Below the pieces are notes generated by a model that saw only the letters and a program-made list of their open reading frames with translations, was not told where the DNA came from and ran no database searches. Below are positions 11,649 through 24,373 of a DNA stretch of 64,000 bases, piece by piece. The number at the start of each line of letters is the position of its first letter. Position 1 is the stretch's first letter. Location of the stretch: positions 1 to 64,000 of the forward strand of contig CAUYUJ010000171.1 of NCBI GenBank assembly GCA_963575745.1, given 5' to 3'. This stretch comes from Prorocentrum cordatum. Taxonomy: Eukaryota. The position numbers and the translations under genes are program-made.

Positions 11649-13064
11649 ACAACAGCATGATTCTCATAATGGCCATCTCTCCTCTTCCTTCCCTCAGAAG
11701 CGTGGAAGCCGTCAGGAAGCACAACAATTCGTGGCCGAGGTGCTCCGATGCATACCGCGGATAGTACAGACCAGGCAAGGCGCGCTGAAGCCACCCCAAC
11801 ATTCAGGAGAGAAGGGAAGTGCAAGAGCTCCTTGCTCGGACGGCACCCGAAACAACATAATTGCCGATCCACGAGGCGCGGGCTCAGGAGAGGCCCCCGA
11901 ACAATCAAGCAATACCAACCCGAGTCGAAATCATCCTCCTCCTCCTCCTCCTTCGCCCTCCTCCTCCGCCCTCCTCCTCCTCCTCCTCCCTCTTCCTCCT
12001 CCTTCTCCTCCTCCTCCTCCTCCTCCTGCTCCTCCTCCCCCGAAATCCGTGGTGGGCCCAGCGCGGCTAGGAGTGTTTTTTCATACCACTAGCCCGCACT
12101 GCAATCGCACAGTCGCTGGAGCCCCATCAGCTTGGGCACCTGGCAGCATCAATCACGAAAGCGGGAGTGGCGCTCCACAGTTGGGAGACAAACCACGGAA
12201 GCGGCCAAACAGGCAGCAGCAGGAGGAGAAAGGAGACGAAGAGGAGCAGCATAGTAAACAATGCCTGCGTTCAACTTTCGAAGGTCTCCCCGGACCCCCC
12301 TCCCCGGAACCGCTCCAGGCACCCCCCCAGAGGGTACGTCAGCTCCAAAAAGCGTCCCCGACGACTCCAAGAGCGCCCTCCCTCCCAAACAGCGCCCCCG
12401 ACGACTCTAAGATCACCGAATCTGGAGCCCCCCGAATCGGCGGCACGGGCCGGAGGCCATTCCAATAAACAATGCCTGCGTTCAACTGTCGAAGGTCCGC
12501 ACGAATTTCTGGGATCGGCGCTGGACCCGCATCCATTGTCGCGCGAAGCGCGCCAGGAGCGGCGCTGGAGGCGCCTCCAGGGGGGGCCCAACGCCGACCC
12601 AAGAAATCCGCGCGGACCTCCGGCAGTTTATGCTGATGCCGCCTGTCCTTCCTCGAGGAACGAGGAGGAGCAGGAGGAAGAGGAGGAGGAGGAGGAGGAG
12701 GAGAAGGAGGAAGACGAGGAGGAGAACGAGGAGGAGGAGGCCGCGGACGGGGAGGAGGAGCGTGGCGGAAAGACGATTTCGATTCGATGTGACACGGGGA
12801 ATCGGCATCCCGCACTGCGGAAGATGAGAGACAGCGAAGCAACATAAACCTGGTAGGACAAGAACTGGAAGCGCCGTTTTCGTCCAATGAACGTATGGGC
12901 GAAGAAGAAAGAAAAGGAAGGCGAGGGCGACGAGGAGGCGATGACGAGGACGACGTGGAGAACGTCAGGATAGCGAGGAGGAGCATGCGGACAACGAGGA
13001 GGAAGAGAAACACAATGACGAGGACGAAGAAAACGAAGGCGAGCACCAGGAGGAATGCTGAGGA

Positions 13065-13111
<47 letters not shown>

Positions 13112-14744
13112 GAGGACAGTACGAGGCAATTGGAGAAGGAAGTTGAATCAGGAGAGGGTCCTGGTGACCCCATCGGGCTACCCTGGGGGTTCCTGGCGCC
13201 GCGCGGGGTTGTCTTGGGGCCTGTTGGGGGTTTCTTCGGGGCCTCTTGGGTCCTCTTGTGGGCTTCTGGGGCTTTCTTGGGCTGCCTGGGCGCGTCGTGG
13301 GGTTTTGGGTGAGCTTTCTTGCGCCGTTGCGGCGCCATCTGGGGCCGTCTTGGGACTTTCTTGGGCCGCTCTCGGGGATCTCTGGGGGCTATTTTGGCCC
13401 GTCGTGGGCCGTCTTGGAGCTCTCCTGAGCTGTCCCGGTGCCTCCTGGAGCGCTCTTGGGGGTCTCTTGGGGCCCTCTTGGGGCGGTCTTGGGCACTCTA
13501 CGGGGCCCTTCGGGGCGTCGTTTGGGCGACCCTTGGGCCGTTCGGACGACGTCGATTCGGAATCCCCATCCAGGGCCGATTTGTTGAAGACGTCTCCAGC
13601 GAAACGGTGTTTTTGGAAACCTTTCCAAACAAGAACGGGAAGCGCAGTTTTTTGGTTGCGGAGCTCGTTGGGCGCATGTTGAGGACAACGTGCAGGACGT
13701 CGAGCACAATGGAAAAGAGAAGGGTAATCATGAGGTGGATATCAAGATAATGACGTGGAGTAAGAGAGTTGAGAAGACGAGCGCCAGACATAAGAAATGG
13801 TCAGAAGAAGGAGAACGTGCAGCATGAGGAGGACGAGGATGATGACGATGAGGACCACGAAGACGACAACGACGACGATTACGATGACGACGACGACGAC
13901 GGCGATGACGACGACGACGACGACGACGACATGGGAGGCAACGGACGTTTGCGGACGACGCCGCCGCCCTCTGTTCTCCCCAATGTATGTGACGTACCTG
14001 CGTGTTTGCCTGCTGCGGTTCAGAAAAGGTTGCCGCGTCTAAGGCGGGCACAGTCGAGATCATTTAGCGTGAGAGCAGGCAGGCTAAGCTAATATTCCGA
14101 ACGGTCTGAGCGTGGAAGCCGCAGGATCACATCAAAACAAACGCTCATGATCAGAAGGGTTGTCAAACAAATGCCACAAGTTCTGTAGGGCGCAGGTGGT
14201 TTAGGGCGTGTGTTTCGCCAATATCCTAATTCCTCTTGCTTGGGAGGTTTACCTCCGCCCCCCCCCTCCCTGGGTCTGGACGGGGGGGCTCGCGAGGTGT
14301 CAGAGCGTCCGTTTTCGTCCAAGATGGCTCCAAGAGGGCCCTGTATAAGCCAAGATGGTCTCCAATATGGTTCAAGGTCCGTCAAGATGGTCGCATCTAA
14401 CCTCCGACGCGCATCCAAGAGGCACGAAGACGGCCCCCAAGACGGCTACAAGTGCTCTCCGAGTTTCCCAGGTTTGTCAAGAGGACACAATCCTGTGCAA
14501 CGCTAAAGGAAATCTATGTTGTCTGCCTCCTCGATGTTTCGCTTCCGATGGGCTTTTGAGGCCTCGCGATGACCCGAAGATGGCTCACGAGAGCCCCAAG
14601 AGGGGGCCCGAGAGGGCGTCGAGACGCATCAGGAGCGCAGAGAGGCCCAAGACGGTGCCAAGACGGCATCGTGAGTCCTCGAAGAACCTGTCACCACAAG
14701 AGATCCTCCATCCAAATGGGGCTTCGCGGTGTTCATACTAGCAT

Positions 14745-14935
14745 TAAGTCGGGCCTCTCCCCCTACAGAAGGATTTTTGACGACAAATAAAATATACCCA
14801 ACACATACACCAAAAAGGTCAAACCGTACTCAAACAATAGTCCCCAGACTATTTTGGGATTATGTTTTGCATAGTTTTGGGGTATCTTTTACTTTTCGTC
14901 GAAACTCCCCCTGTACGGGGGACAGGCCCGACCTA
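14745..14935. mobile_element. TA-flanked MITE family RGTCGGGCCTGTCCCC, copy 2 (opposite orientation)
   Basis: TA-agtcgggcctctccccctacag ... ctgtacgggggacaggcccgacc-TA. Confidence 0.8.
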
Positions 14936-16747
14936 AGACCAGCGCACATGTCAGGGGCGCGCGTCAGTGGCCTTCCCTGTTGCACGGGGGGTCAGAGGAG
15001 GAGGAGGAGGAGGAGGAGGAGGAGGACGAGGAGGATGAGGATCAGCGGCCACCGTGCGGGCGCGGCTGCCGCAGCTGGCGGGTGCGCGAACGCGCGCGCG
15101 CGCCACGTCGGCGTCGTTCGTCGTCGTCCTCGCGCGTGGGCCGCCGCTGCCCGAGGGAGCCCCGAGGCGGCGGTGGACAGACCTCCCTTTGGTACTGCGG
15201 GATGACGATTAATTAAAAAAATGAGGGGAACGATTAAAACAATAGTTCCTTGCTATTTCTGCATGGTTTTCTGACGGGAGGAGAACGATGAAAAAGAATA
15301 GTGTTCCAGCCCGCGGCCGGTTTTTTCTAATCGTCATCCCGGGCGCCGCCGCGTGAACACGACCCCCGGTCATTTATTAATCGTCATCCTCCATTAAACC
15401 TCCCCCTAGCGAAAACGGCCCAGGACCGAAACCGACGGACCTGGACCCGCAAAAATGACGGCCGCGGCGCCCGCTCGCGAACCGAGAACGGCCAGTTTCT
15501 CAATCGACGTGTCAGGGTAGGAGGCCTATCCACCTCCGACCAAGACGGTCCAAGAGCGCTCGAAGACGGCCCAAGAGGCCCCTGAACGAACCCACAAGAA
15601 CGGCGGCATTATTTCGATGCCCCCCCCTGAAATAACACAGGCCTCGTGGGGGCCATGTTCGAGCCTCTTGGGGCCTCTTTTGGGCCTCTCGGGGGCCAAC
15701 TTGGGGCCCCTTGGAGACCTCTTTTGGGCCCCTGGGGGCCTCCGGGGGGCCTCTTGGGGCGGAAGGCTTGAATTGTCGGTTCGTGGTCCCCCTCTTGGGC
15801 CCTTCTTGGGGCCGTCTTGGGGCCCTCTTGGGCCGTCTTGGGCGTGGGCCGTCTTGGGCCCGAACCCGTCGTCCGGCAACGAGGTCCCGGATGGACCCGG
15901 TACACCTGTGTTAGAGAAAATTAAGAAGCCCCAGAACCAACGGTGCACGCCGGAGGCACTTCCCGTCATCCGCCAACCCTGTCGGAGTGTGGAAGACGCT
16001 CGTCCGTTGGTCGCCGCCGTCGTCGTGTCGTCTCCGTCGTCTCCTCGTCGTGTCCGTCGTCGTCTCCGTCTCCGTCGTCTCCTCGTTGTCTCCGTCAATC
16101 GTCGTCTCCGTCGTCCCCCGTCTCCTTTCCCTGGGCCCTCCTCCTTAAGCGCGCTAGCCAAAGTGACATTGAGCCAAGTCGAAAGGAGGCCCCTTCCCTT
16201 TGATCCCTTCCCCGCGGGGGGGGGTCCCAGGGAGGGGGTCCCGGGGGATGGGTCCCAAGGGTGGGTCGCCACCCAAGATACGCATCCCCCCGGGCGGTTC
16301 TGGGGCCCAGAAAAGCCCGAAGACGCGGCGGTCGCGTAATCGAGGGCCCCGAATCGCCGAACTATCGGTCCCAGACGCCAGAATAGCCTCCAGATGGCTC
16401 AAGAGGTTTTCAGAACGCCCCGAGAGGTCTCCAAGAGCACTACCAAGACCCCAAGGAGCAATAATCATATATTCTCCTTGAGTTTATTCACAATTTTGGC
16501 GTTCTCGCCTTGTCGGCTTCCCGTCGCTCCAAGACAACCCAAGAGGTCCCCAAGATCGCCCAAGAGGCCTCCAAGAGGGCCCCCCAAGGCCTCCAAGACG
16601 GCCCGAAAGGCCCCCAAGACGGCTTCAGGAGGGAGCCCAGCTGGGGGGGACCGAACGGACATCTCGAGCCCTCGGCCTGCGAGGCTCCCAGGAGGCCCCC
16701 AAGAAGCCCCCCACGACGCCCCCCAAGATGCCCCAGGATCAGGGCGA

Positions 16748-16935
16748 CGTAAGACCTGGGTACAGGGGACTCGGAAATCCCCGACGAGGTCGTCAAAAAA
16801 ATGACGAGGCCGAGCCTGCATTTTGACGAGGCCTCCCGCTGCAGACGTCCCACGAAACTCCTCCTCGTCAATATCCGAGGCGCGGTCGTCAAAAAACGAT
16901 GGCGAACCCGAGTCCTGGCAAACCCAGGTCTTACG
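16748..16935. mobile_element. MITE-like foldback element
   Basis: cgTAagacctggg..ggactcgg / ccgagtcc..cccaggtctTAcg. Confidence 0.6.
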
Positions 16936-17032
16936 CTCCCCCGACAGGAGGCCCCCAAAGGCCCCCGAGGGATCCCCAGAAGACCCGCCACTCCCTCCGC
17001 CGCCGCCGCCGTCGGAGCCGCCGCCGCCCCTT

Positions 17033-17324
17033 TGATGGGCCTGTCTTCCATAAACCACCACCACCACCATGAGTTGGAGGGGGGAAGGAGGAGGACGAGG
17101 ACGAGGAGGACGAGGATGAGGAGGAGGAGGAGGAGGAGGACAAAGAGAACGAGGAGGAGGAGGAGGACGAGGAGGAGGAGGAGGAGGAGGAGAAGGAGGA
17201 GGAGGAGGAGGAGAATGATGATGATGATGAGGAGGAGGAGGAGGTGGAGGAGGAGGAGGAGGAGGAGGAGAAGGAGGCGTCCCTCCCCCTCCAACGTATG
17301 GCAGTGGTGGTGGAAGACAGGCCC
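17033..17324. mobile_element. MITE with (GAG)n microsatellite interior; copies at 47643-47800 and 60306-60519
   Basis: TIR tgatgggcctgtcttccaccacc...agttggaggg is mirrored at the other end in all three copies. Confidence 0.75.
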
Positions 17325-18190
17325 CTGAGCCCCTCCCTCCCGCCCCCCTCCCGTCCGCCCTGCCTTCGCGCCCTCTCGGGGGGGGGGGCCTCGCCCGCAG
17401 CGGCAGGCCGGGGCACGCCCCCGCTGTCCCCTCGTCCCGGGTGGTGCCCCGCATCCCCGCGGGGAGGCCCGGAGAGCCCCTGGGCCCGGGCTCGGACTGG
17501 GCACCACTCCCCAGGCGCCTCGTCCTCGTCCTCGTCCTCCCCGTCGCCCTCCTCTCGCCCTCTCGCCCTCCCTCTCGCCCGCCTCCCCGTCCTCGCCCGC
17601 AGCTCTGGTGCTCGACCTCCTCGCCCTGTCGCCCCTCTCGGAGGGAAGCGACAGAGCGAGAGAGAGAGAGAGAAACAAAGAAAAAGGGCGGCAGCGACCG
17701 TGCGCCCCTCGCGGCGAGCGCAGCGAGGCAAGCTCGGGGGCCGCCCAGCTGCGGTCAGGAGAGCGTCAGCCTGGAAACGGGGCGCTCCCGCGCCTGCTGC
17801 TGAGGCTCCTCCCGCAGCGGCACGACCCGGCGGGCGCGCTCCCCGCTAGTGCTCGCGGGCTCTGGTGGCCCGCCAGGAGCGGCACGGGCCCCTGGGGTCG
17901 GCACGCTCGCCAGGCAGGGCCCCGCGGCCTGCGATGGAGGCGCGGGGCCGCCGAGGCTGTCGCTGCCGGCGCCGCGCGCTGCCTGGCTGCGGCACGGAGC
18001 TTCCCCCGACTCCACGAAGCGAGGCTCGCGGGCGGTGCTGCCCCAGCGCAGCAGCGGCGGCAGCGCCGCCGGCGGGGCCCGCCTGCCCAGCCGCCCCCCC
18101 AGCCGCTCCAGGGACCTCGTTCCCTCCGCCTCCGGGTCCAGGGCGCCTCGGGGGCGCGCCTCCAGAGACCTCACCGACTCCACTTCCTGA

Positions 18191-18380
18191 GTATCGTTTA
18201 ACCGATGCCCATCCCCAGCGGCGCGGCCTGGGCCCCCCTGGCCGATTTACCCCCCCAGATGGGGATATAGGTCGTTCCCTTCGGGCTTCGAGGGGTGCAT
18301 CCCCAACTGCGGTGGTAAGCTGGCGGGGGTCTCGAAGAGGATGGGGATGGGGATGGGGATGGGGATCGGTTAAACGATAC
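18191..18380. mobile_element. MITE-like foldback element
   Basis: gtatcgtttaaccgat.cccatcccc / ggggatgggggatcggttaaacgatac. Confidence 0.65.
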
Positions 18381-18549
18381 CGACTTCCGGGTCCGGGGCC
18401 CGCGTCTCCATCCGCTCCACCGCCTGCTCCAGGCACCGCATGGCCGCCACCACCGCCGGCTCTGGCAGAGGAACGAGACGCAGCAGAGCCACAGGCTGCT
18501 TCGGAGGTCCCCGCGGGCTCCCCGCGTCGGCGCTGGACCCCACTAGCCT

Positions 18550-18712
18550 TAGGTCGGGCCTGTCCCCCATACAGGGGGATTTGGGGCGAAGAATGCAAAA
18601 TTATACAGAAACAAAAATCCCCCAAATGCTCAGACAGAGTAACAAAATCGTCCCCGGAACAATTTTCAACTATTTTGGAGTATTCCCCCTGTAGAGGGAC
18701 AGGCCCGACTTA
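18550..18712. mobile_element. TA-flanked MITE family RGTCGGGCCTGTCCCC, copy 3
   Basis: TA-ggtcgggcctgtcccccatacag ... ctgtagagggacaggcccgact-TA. It abuts a truncated T-hairpin element. Confidence 0.8.
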
Positions 18713-19863
18713 AGCCTGGCGCGCTCTCCGCGCGCCAGTGGCGGCGCCAGAGGCGCCGCGCGGAGGGGGGCGGGGGCCCAGCGCCGATCCGAGAGATCCG
18801 CGCGGAGCTCGAAAGGTGGACAATCAGAACGTGTGCCAAGGATGGGAGGTAAGGACTCAAGACTGAAGGGGCCCCGGGACACACAATTGAATGGACACGA
18901 GTGTCCAGATTCCCCATAGCTTCCCATATCTTCTGGGTTCCTGTCGTCCCCCCCATTTCCCATATTTTCCTATATTTTCTGGTACATCGACGAATACTTG
19001 TGTCTGTGTGTTTTTTCCCTCCTGAAAGACGCCTGGAGGCCGAAGTTGGGATTTTTGTTTGGAGCGCCGGGCGACCGGTGAAAACGGCAGAGGGCGGGGG
19101 GCAGAGGTAAGGACACAAGGGCACCCCAGATGAAGGCACGCGTCCTTACTGGGCACGTTGACTGCATGTTCATGCCTACGGGAACGAAGAATAACATAAA
19201 CATAAAAACTCGGAGGTCCGCGCGGATTTCTCGGATCGGCGCCGGACCCCCCTCCCTGGCGCGCGGAGCGCGCCAGGAGCGGCGCCGGAGGCGCCGCCAG
19301 GGGGCCCCAGCGCTGATCCGAGAAATCCGCGCGGACCTCCGAGTTCTTATGCTCATGTCATTCTTCCTTCCCCCAATGCCGCCTCTTGTTCCTCGAGTCT
19401 GGGGCACCCGGGGCTCGGGTCTCCAGCGGCTCCTGCAGGTGCCTCTCGGGGCCTCTCGCGCGCCGCGGCGTGCGCAGGGGACCCTCGCCGGGCGGCGCGC
19501 GGGCGGCCTCGGCCGCGGGCCTCGCCCGGAGCGCCTCGCGCACCGCGGGGCGCAGCGTGCCGGCCTTCGCGGCGCCGCGCAGCTGCCGCACCGCCCGCGC
19601 CTTCAGCTCCGCGGCGGCCGCGGGCGCCTCCGCGCCCGGCCCCGCGCGCCAGGCGCCGCTCCCGAAGGAGGAAAGGGCGGCACGAACGCTAAGCCCTCGG
19701 AGCCCCCCGCGGCGCTCTCCGGGATCCACGCTGGGCCCCCCATGGCCGGCGCCTCCGGGGCCGCCACCTGGCGCGCTCCGCGCGCCAGGGAGGGGGGTCC
19801 GGTGCAGATCCAAGAGATCCGCGCATACCTCCTGAGGTGAGCGTTGGTGCGGCGTTCCTTCTT

Positions 19864-22728
19864 CTAGCTGAAGAAGGCGTCGGTCCACCGCCTCTGGTAC
19901 TCCTCGTCGAACTCCTGGTCGATCACCTCCTTGAACTTGGCGTTCCGCCGCCCCCAGTGCCGGTACAGGGCCTTGTACGGCAACCAGGCGGCAGCGTAAG
20001 AGAGTGTCAGAGCGATGCCGGCCGACGCAAAGACGCAATGGCTGCGATCGGCTGTACCGCTAGGTGTGTAGCAACCGCACTGGTCGATCGTGCCAGCATA
20101 CCACTGGATGGTGCCCCAAGGCTGACTGACGGTAAAGTCACCGAACAGGTGGTAGTACGCCCAGAAGAAGCAATGGCTCACCAAGATCTGAGCGAGGGCT
20201 CCCAGGGCGAAACAGTTGCGCAGGGTGCGGGGCAGCTCGTTCCAGGTCACAGTGCACCTCTGCCGCAGGGTGTCCGCCTTGTGGTCCAGGAACCACAGAT
20301 CTGCATGCTGGCGCAACGGCCTCCCGAGATCCTCGCCCTTTTGCTCCCACTCCTTCTGCACCGCCCAGGCCATAACCACCAATAGAAGCCCTGTCATGAA
20401 GGTCGTCGCGAAGACCATCGCGCTGGCCGCTGCCTCCCACTCGGCGCCATCACTAGCCCGCAGGTACATAGATCCACAGAGGGAACAAGGTATGATGTAA
20501 ATTAGAATCGGCGTTGTTCCAAGTTCGCACTGCAGGAGAGAGAGGTCTAAAATCCCGCAGAGTACCGACACCGGCCAATCGGGCCCTCCGCACAAGATCG
20601 CGACCTTCCCGATGGAAAGACCTGGCTTTCTGAGCACTGACTCGACTGTTCGCATTTCTGGGGTGTGCACGCCGCAAATTTGCCTGACTCTGACATTTTG
20701 GCCCAAGCGTGAGCCGATGACCTTCTGTTGAACCGCGCAAGCCGAGAGCTTGAGAAAGAAGCACAAAACTATGTTGATGCACACTCCCGCCCAAAATCGA
20801 GCTTCATCGCCTCCACTGGACGGTACAGTGCACGTGTCTGGGATCAGAAGCCCCCCGAACATGTAGACGACCATGCCTGGAACCGTGGGCCAGAGAAAGG
20901 CGCACACGCCAACGACGAACGTCAGAACGATGATCAGGCCGAAAGAAATCGGAGTCAAGACATGCCTCAGGAAAGCGAATCCTGCACTGAAGAGCAAGGA
21001 GCCGACATAGTAAGCAAACGGCACCAAACACCAAACGTACACTTTCGTGTATATGGACAACCACCGGAAGCCTCTGACTTTCAGCCAGGCCCCATGGACT
21101 CTTGCAGTCAGCCAGGGTCGAAGGGGAGACTCGATCTGCGTACCTGAAGGGTGCAGCAGCTGGAACACATCACTCAGGAACGCCCTGCAGGCAGAGACAT
21201 CCGCAGGAGTCGCCAGATCGGCCGGATCGGTGGTACTTGAGACCCGGCTCGCGACTGCGCCTTGGTGAACGAAGCCAGAGATGCCCCGCACACGGCGCAC
21301 CTGCTGGTTTGCGACACTGAGAGCGGCAAATGCAGATATCAGTGGAAGCGACAGGCAAAGGAGGAATGCCTGCACCCAGTCATTGTTCAGCAGAGGCAAG
21401 ACTCTGCCCCACAGGGGAAGATGAGCCAGCCCATCGCCGAGCACGTGCGCGATTCTGGAGAAAGAGGCGGCGGTCATCAGGACGAAACTGGCGAAGAAGA
21501 CGATCAGGAGGCTGACAAATATGCTCGCCATCTCGTTGTCCGCCCAGACGAGCAGTGCCCCAGCGTAGCCGAGGCCGATGAGCACTACGAAAGTAACCCC
21601 CACAGACTTCACGAGCATCGTGAGCTGCTGGTAGCCCCTGTGCTCCAATCTCTGGAACTCGTCGGCGACCTCAACGGTACAATCACGGCCGTCGTCGTTC
21701 ACACCAAGCCCTCCGCCAGTGGGCCCGAGTTGAGATCTCACCTCCGCTGGCACCAGCACCTTCCCACTCCTCTGCAGAGCCTCTGGGTCCGCGCGGAGGG
21801 CGGACGCAAGCTGATTGCGGTACCTCGACGTCGAAAGGTAGGTGCTGTTCAGCACTACCCGAATCAGCGCGAAGAGGCCGAAGACCAGGTCCGCGAACGC
21901 GACAAACAGGGGGCTCATGGCCAGGAACACGGTGGGGCCAGATTCGAGGCCGTCGGACTCCTCGGGGCAGCTGTCGCCGATGACCGTGAGTTGGGCGCCG
22001 CAGTCCGAGAAGCAGAGCCGTCCCCTGAGCAGCTGAATGGTCCAAGCAGCTGTGACGGCGGCGGAGCTCAGCATGCATGCGATCGCGAAGGCCTTGTAAA
22101 ACTTGAGCGTGTCATCAGATTTCCGGATGAGCCTCTGCAGCGAGTTCCACTGAGACTCGACGCGCAGATCTTGGACTCGCCCAGAAGCGCGACCCCTCAT
22201 GTTTGGCATCGTAAGCCAACGTATGCTCACATGAACTCCCATGCCCATAACGATAAAAACCAGCATGGGTAAATGTGGGTATAATGCCGCCATGAACAGG
22301 CACCCGGATACAAAGAGAAACGCAAGTAGCACCAGCAGAGAACGGCCGACAACGCGGCCCTCGTTCCAGAGGACTCCATTTTGCCCAGGAAGGTGCGGCG
22401 GCATGAAAAAATCGAGCAGGTACAAGGCGATGCCAAGAGTAAGGCCCGCGCCAAATGAGACATTGCTCAACCAATAATTTTCTCGAAGGAAGGCGAAGGG
22501 ATGGCTTGTGCTCCCGAGGCCAACGAACATGCTGGACCACAAATAAACTGACCCGAAAGACCAACCAATCTTCGCAACTGCGTGCGTAACCATATATCCC
22601 AAAAATCCGAAACGTGGCTGGTCGTTGGTCTCTGTCTCGTGGGTCGCCGCCGCGAAGACGCACGCCTCGCCGGTTGCGACACGGGCAGCAAGGTCACCAA
22701 CATCATCATGCCAGCTCTGCCCTGTCAT
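19864..22728 (-). CDS. Intronless ~954-aa polytopic membrane protein, possibly with a DedA/VTT (SNARE-associated)-like C-terminal region; probable retrogene
   Basis: The ORF is long and uninterrupted with many hydrophobic helices and the motifs LWPTVPGMVVYMFGG and ILCGGPDWPVSVLCGIL. The first ATG downstream of the SL relic is at 22728. The family assignment is tentative. Confidence 0.8.
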   Translation of the reverse strand: MTGQSWHDDVGDLAARVATGEACVFAAATHETETNDQPRFGFLGYMVTHAVAKIGWSFGSVYLWSSMFVGLGSTSHPFAFLRENYWLSNVSFGAGLTLGIALYLLDFFMPPHLPGQNGVLWNEGRVVGRSLLVLLAFLFVSGCLFMAALYPHLPMLVFIVMGMGVHVSIRWLTMPNMRGRASGRVQDLRVESQWNSLQRLIRKSDDTLKFYKAFAIACMLSSAAVTAAWTIQLLRGRLCFSDCGAQLTVIGDSCPEESDGLESGPTVFLAMSPLFVAFADLVFGLFALIRVVLNSTYLSTSRYRNQLASALRADPEALQRSGKVLVPAEVRSQLGPTGGGLGVNDDGRDCTVEVADEFQRLEHRGYQQLTMLVKSVGVTFVVLIGLGYAGALLVWADNEMASIFVSLLIVFFASFVLMTAASFSRIAHVLGDGLAHLPLWGRVLPLLNNDWVQAFLLCLSLPLISAFAALSVANQQVRRVRGISGFVHQGAVASRVSSTTDPADLATPADVSACRAFLSDVFQLLHPSGTQIESPLRPWLTARVHGAWLKVRGFRWLSIYTKVYVWCLVPFAYYVGSLLFSAGFAFLRHVLTPISFGLIIVLTFVVGVCAFLWPTVPGMVVYMFGGLLIPDTCTVPSSGGDEARFWAGVCINIVLCFFLKLSACAVQQKVIGSRLGQNVRVRQICGVHTPEMRTVESVLRKPGLSIGKVAILCGGPDWPVSVLCGILDLSLLQCELGTTPILIYIIPCSLCGSMYLRASDGAEWEAAASAMVFATTFMTGLLLVVMAWAVQKEWEQKGEDLGRPLRQHADLWFLDHKADTLRQRCTVTWNELPRTLRNCFALGALAQILVSHCFFWAYYHLFGDFTVSQPWGTIQWYAGTIDQCGCYTPSGTADRSHCVFASAGIALTLSYAAAWLPYKALYRHWGRRNAKFKEVIDQEFDEEYQRRWTDAFFS

Positions 22729-22800
22729 CCCTCCTCGCAGGACCCGCCGCGGCCCAACGGCGAAGGCATCTTCGGGGCACCTGTTGAACCAGCAGAGAAT

Positions 22801-22821
22801 CTTGAGCCGAAACGGCGATGG
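22801..22821 (-). other. Relic dinoflagellate spliced leader
   Basis: CCATCGCCGTTTCGGCTCAAG matches DinoSL CCGTAGCCATTTTGGCTCAAG at 17/21 positions, 72 nt upstream of the ATG. Confidence 0.8.
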
Positions 22822-24011
22822 GAAGTAATCCACTGTGGACCAGATTGCGCCAAGTTGAAAACATAGTGGGGCCTCTTGGGGCTGGTTGGAACCATACTGG
22901 CATCTGCGACACATTAAGCCGCTCCTGGGCCCTCTAAAAGCCTCCTTGAGGCACACCACGGGCGCCTCCGGGGACCATCGGAGCCCTTCTGGAGCCCCTC
23001 TGGGCTCCACTTGGAGCTATCTCGGGCGATATTGGAGCGATCGCCAAGTCGAACGACACGGCGAGTGTGCACGTGTGTAGAGTTCGCCGGCCGAAGGCGT
23101 GCTGGGATCCCCCGTAAGGGATTCATAGTGTCTGTATGTTTCTACTTCGCGCGCGCGGAGCTGCCTCTGGGGGTACCCGGATCGGGCAGTTGGCAATGGG
23201 GGGTGACCTACATGGGAGGTGGAGAAAAGGACCCTAAAGGTGCCCTCATGGCCGTTTTTGGGGCAGGCAGGGGCCCAAAAGGGGCCCGAAAGGACCTCTT
23301 TAAGGCCTTGTTCTTCACCCCCCCAATTCTGTCACTACCAATTTCCACCTGCCCGATCCGGAGGAAGACGATGCCTCGGCCAGATCCTGGCAGAGTCGGA
23401 ACACACAGTATTTCCCTTGGGCGCGGCCCTCCAGGCTTCCAAGACGGCCCGACGATTGCCCCAGGGCAGCTCCAAGAGGGCCCCAGGGCAGCCCAAGAGC
23501 AGGGATCAGTGGGTGGCAGGCCACAAGATGCGAGGCGCGGGTTTGCCCATGACCACCGCCTGGGGGATCGATCTTCGGGAACCTCGGCAGGCGGGGAGCA
23601 TTGATATGTTGGCCCCCCCACGCCCAAATACATCCATATCCGCCGCCTGCCGAGGTCCCAGAAGATCGATCCCCCAGGCGGCGGATATGGACAAATCCCC
23701 AAATCGCACTCAAAGGGGCCCCGAAACAGCCGCAGGAGGCAACAAGAGAGTCCCAAGGTAGCCCAAAATGGTCCAAGTCAGCTGCACGAGATCCCTCGAA
23801 GGCACATAACACGCCAAATCGGTTTGAAATCCGAAAATGTTCATTCGATTTGGGCCTTCTCGCCCTTTTGCTTCCAATGCGCTCCTGAGGCCCCCAGATA
23901 ATTTCAGGATGGCCCTACATGACGCCAACTCGAACCCAGAACGGTTCCAAAAAGGCTCCGAAGACCCCCAACAGCGTCCAAGGAGCGCCCGAGAGCGCCG
24001 CAAGAGGGCTC

Positions 24012-24078
24012 CAGTGGTAGTACTAATCGTAGTGGCCGAAGTGGCTGCAAAGTCGATTGTAATTGTAGGAGATGCAAC

Positions 24079-24136
<58 letters not shown>

Positions 24137-24137
24137 A

Positions 24138-24186
<49 letters not shown>

Positions 24187-24341
24187 AGTAGTAGTAGTAG
24201 TAGTAATAGTAGTAGAGAAAATAATCAAAGTAGTAGTAATAATAGGAAGCGTAGAAATGATAGTAGTCGCACTGGTATTCGTAGTATTAGTAGCAGTAGT
24301 AGCAGTAGTAGCAGTAGTAGTAGTAGTAGTAGTAGTAGTAG

Positions 24342-24373
<32 letters not shown>

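Noticed and set aside
22729..23010. N-terminal extension of the 1048-aa ORF
   Set aside because: It begins upstream of and spans the SL relic, and it overlaps a dispersed GC repeat.
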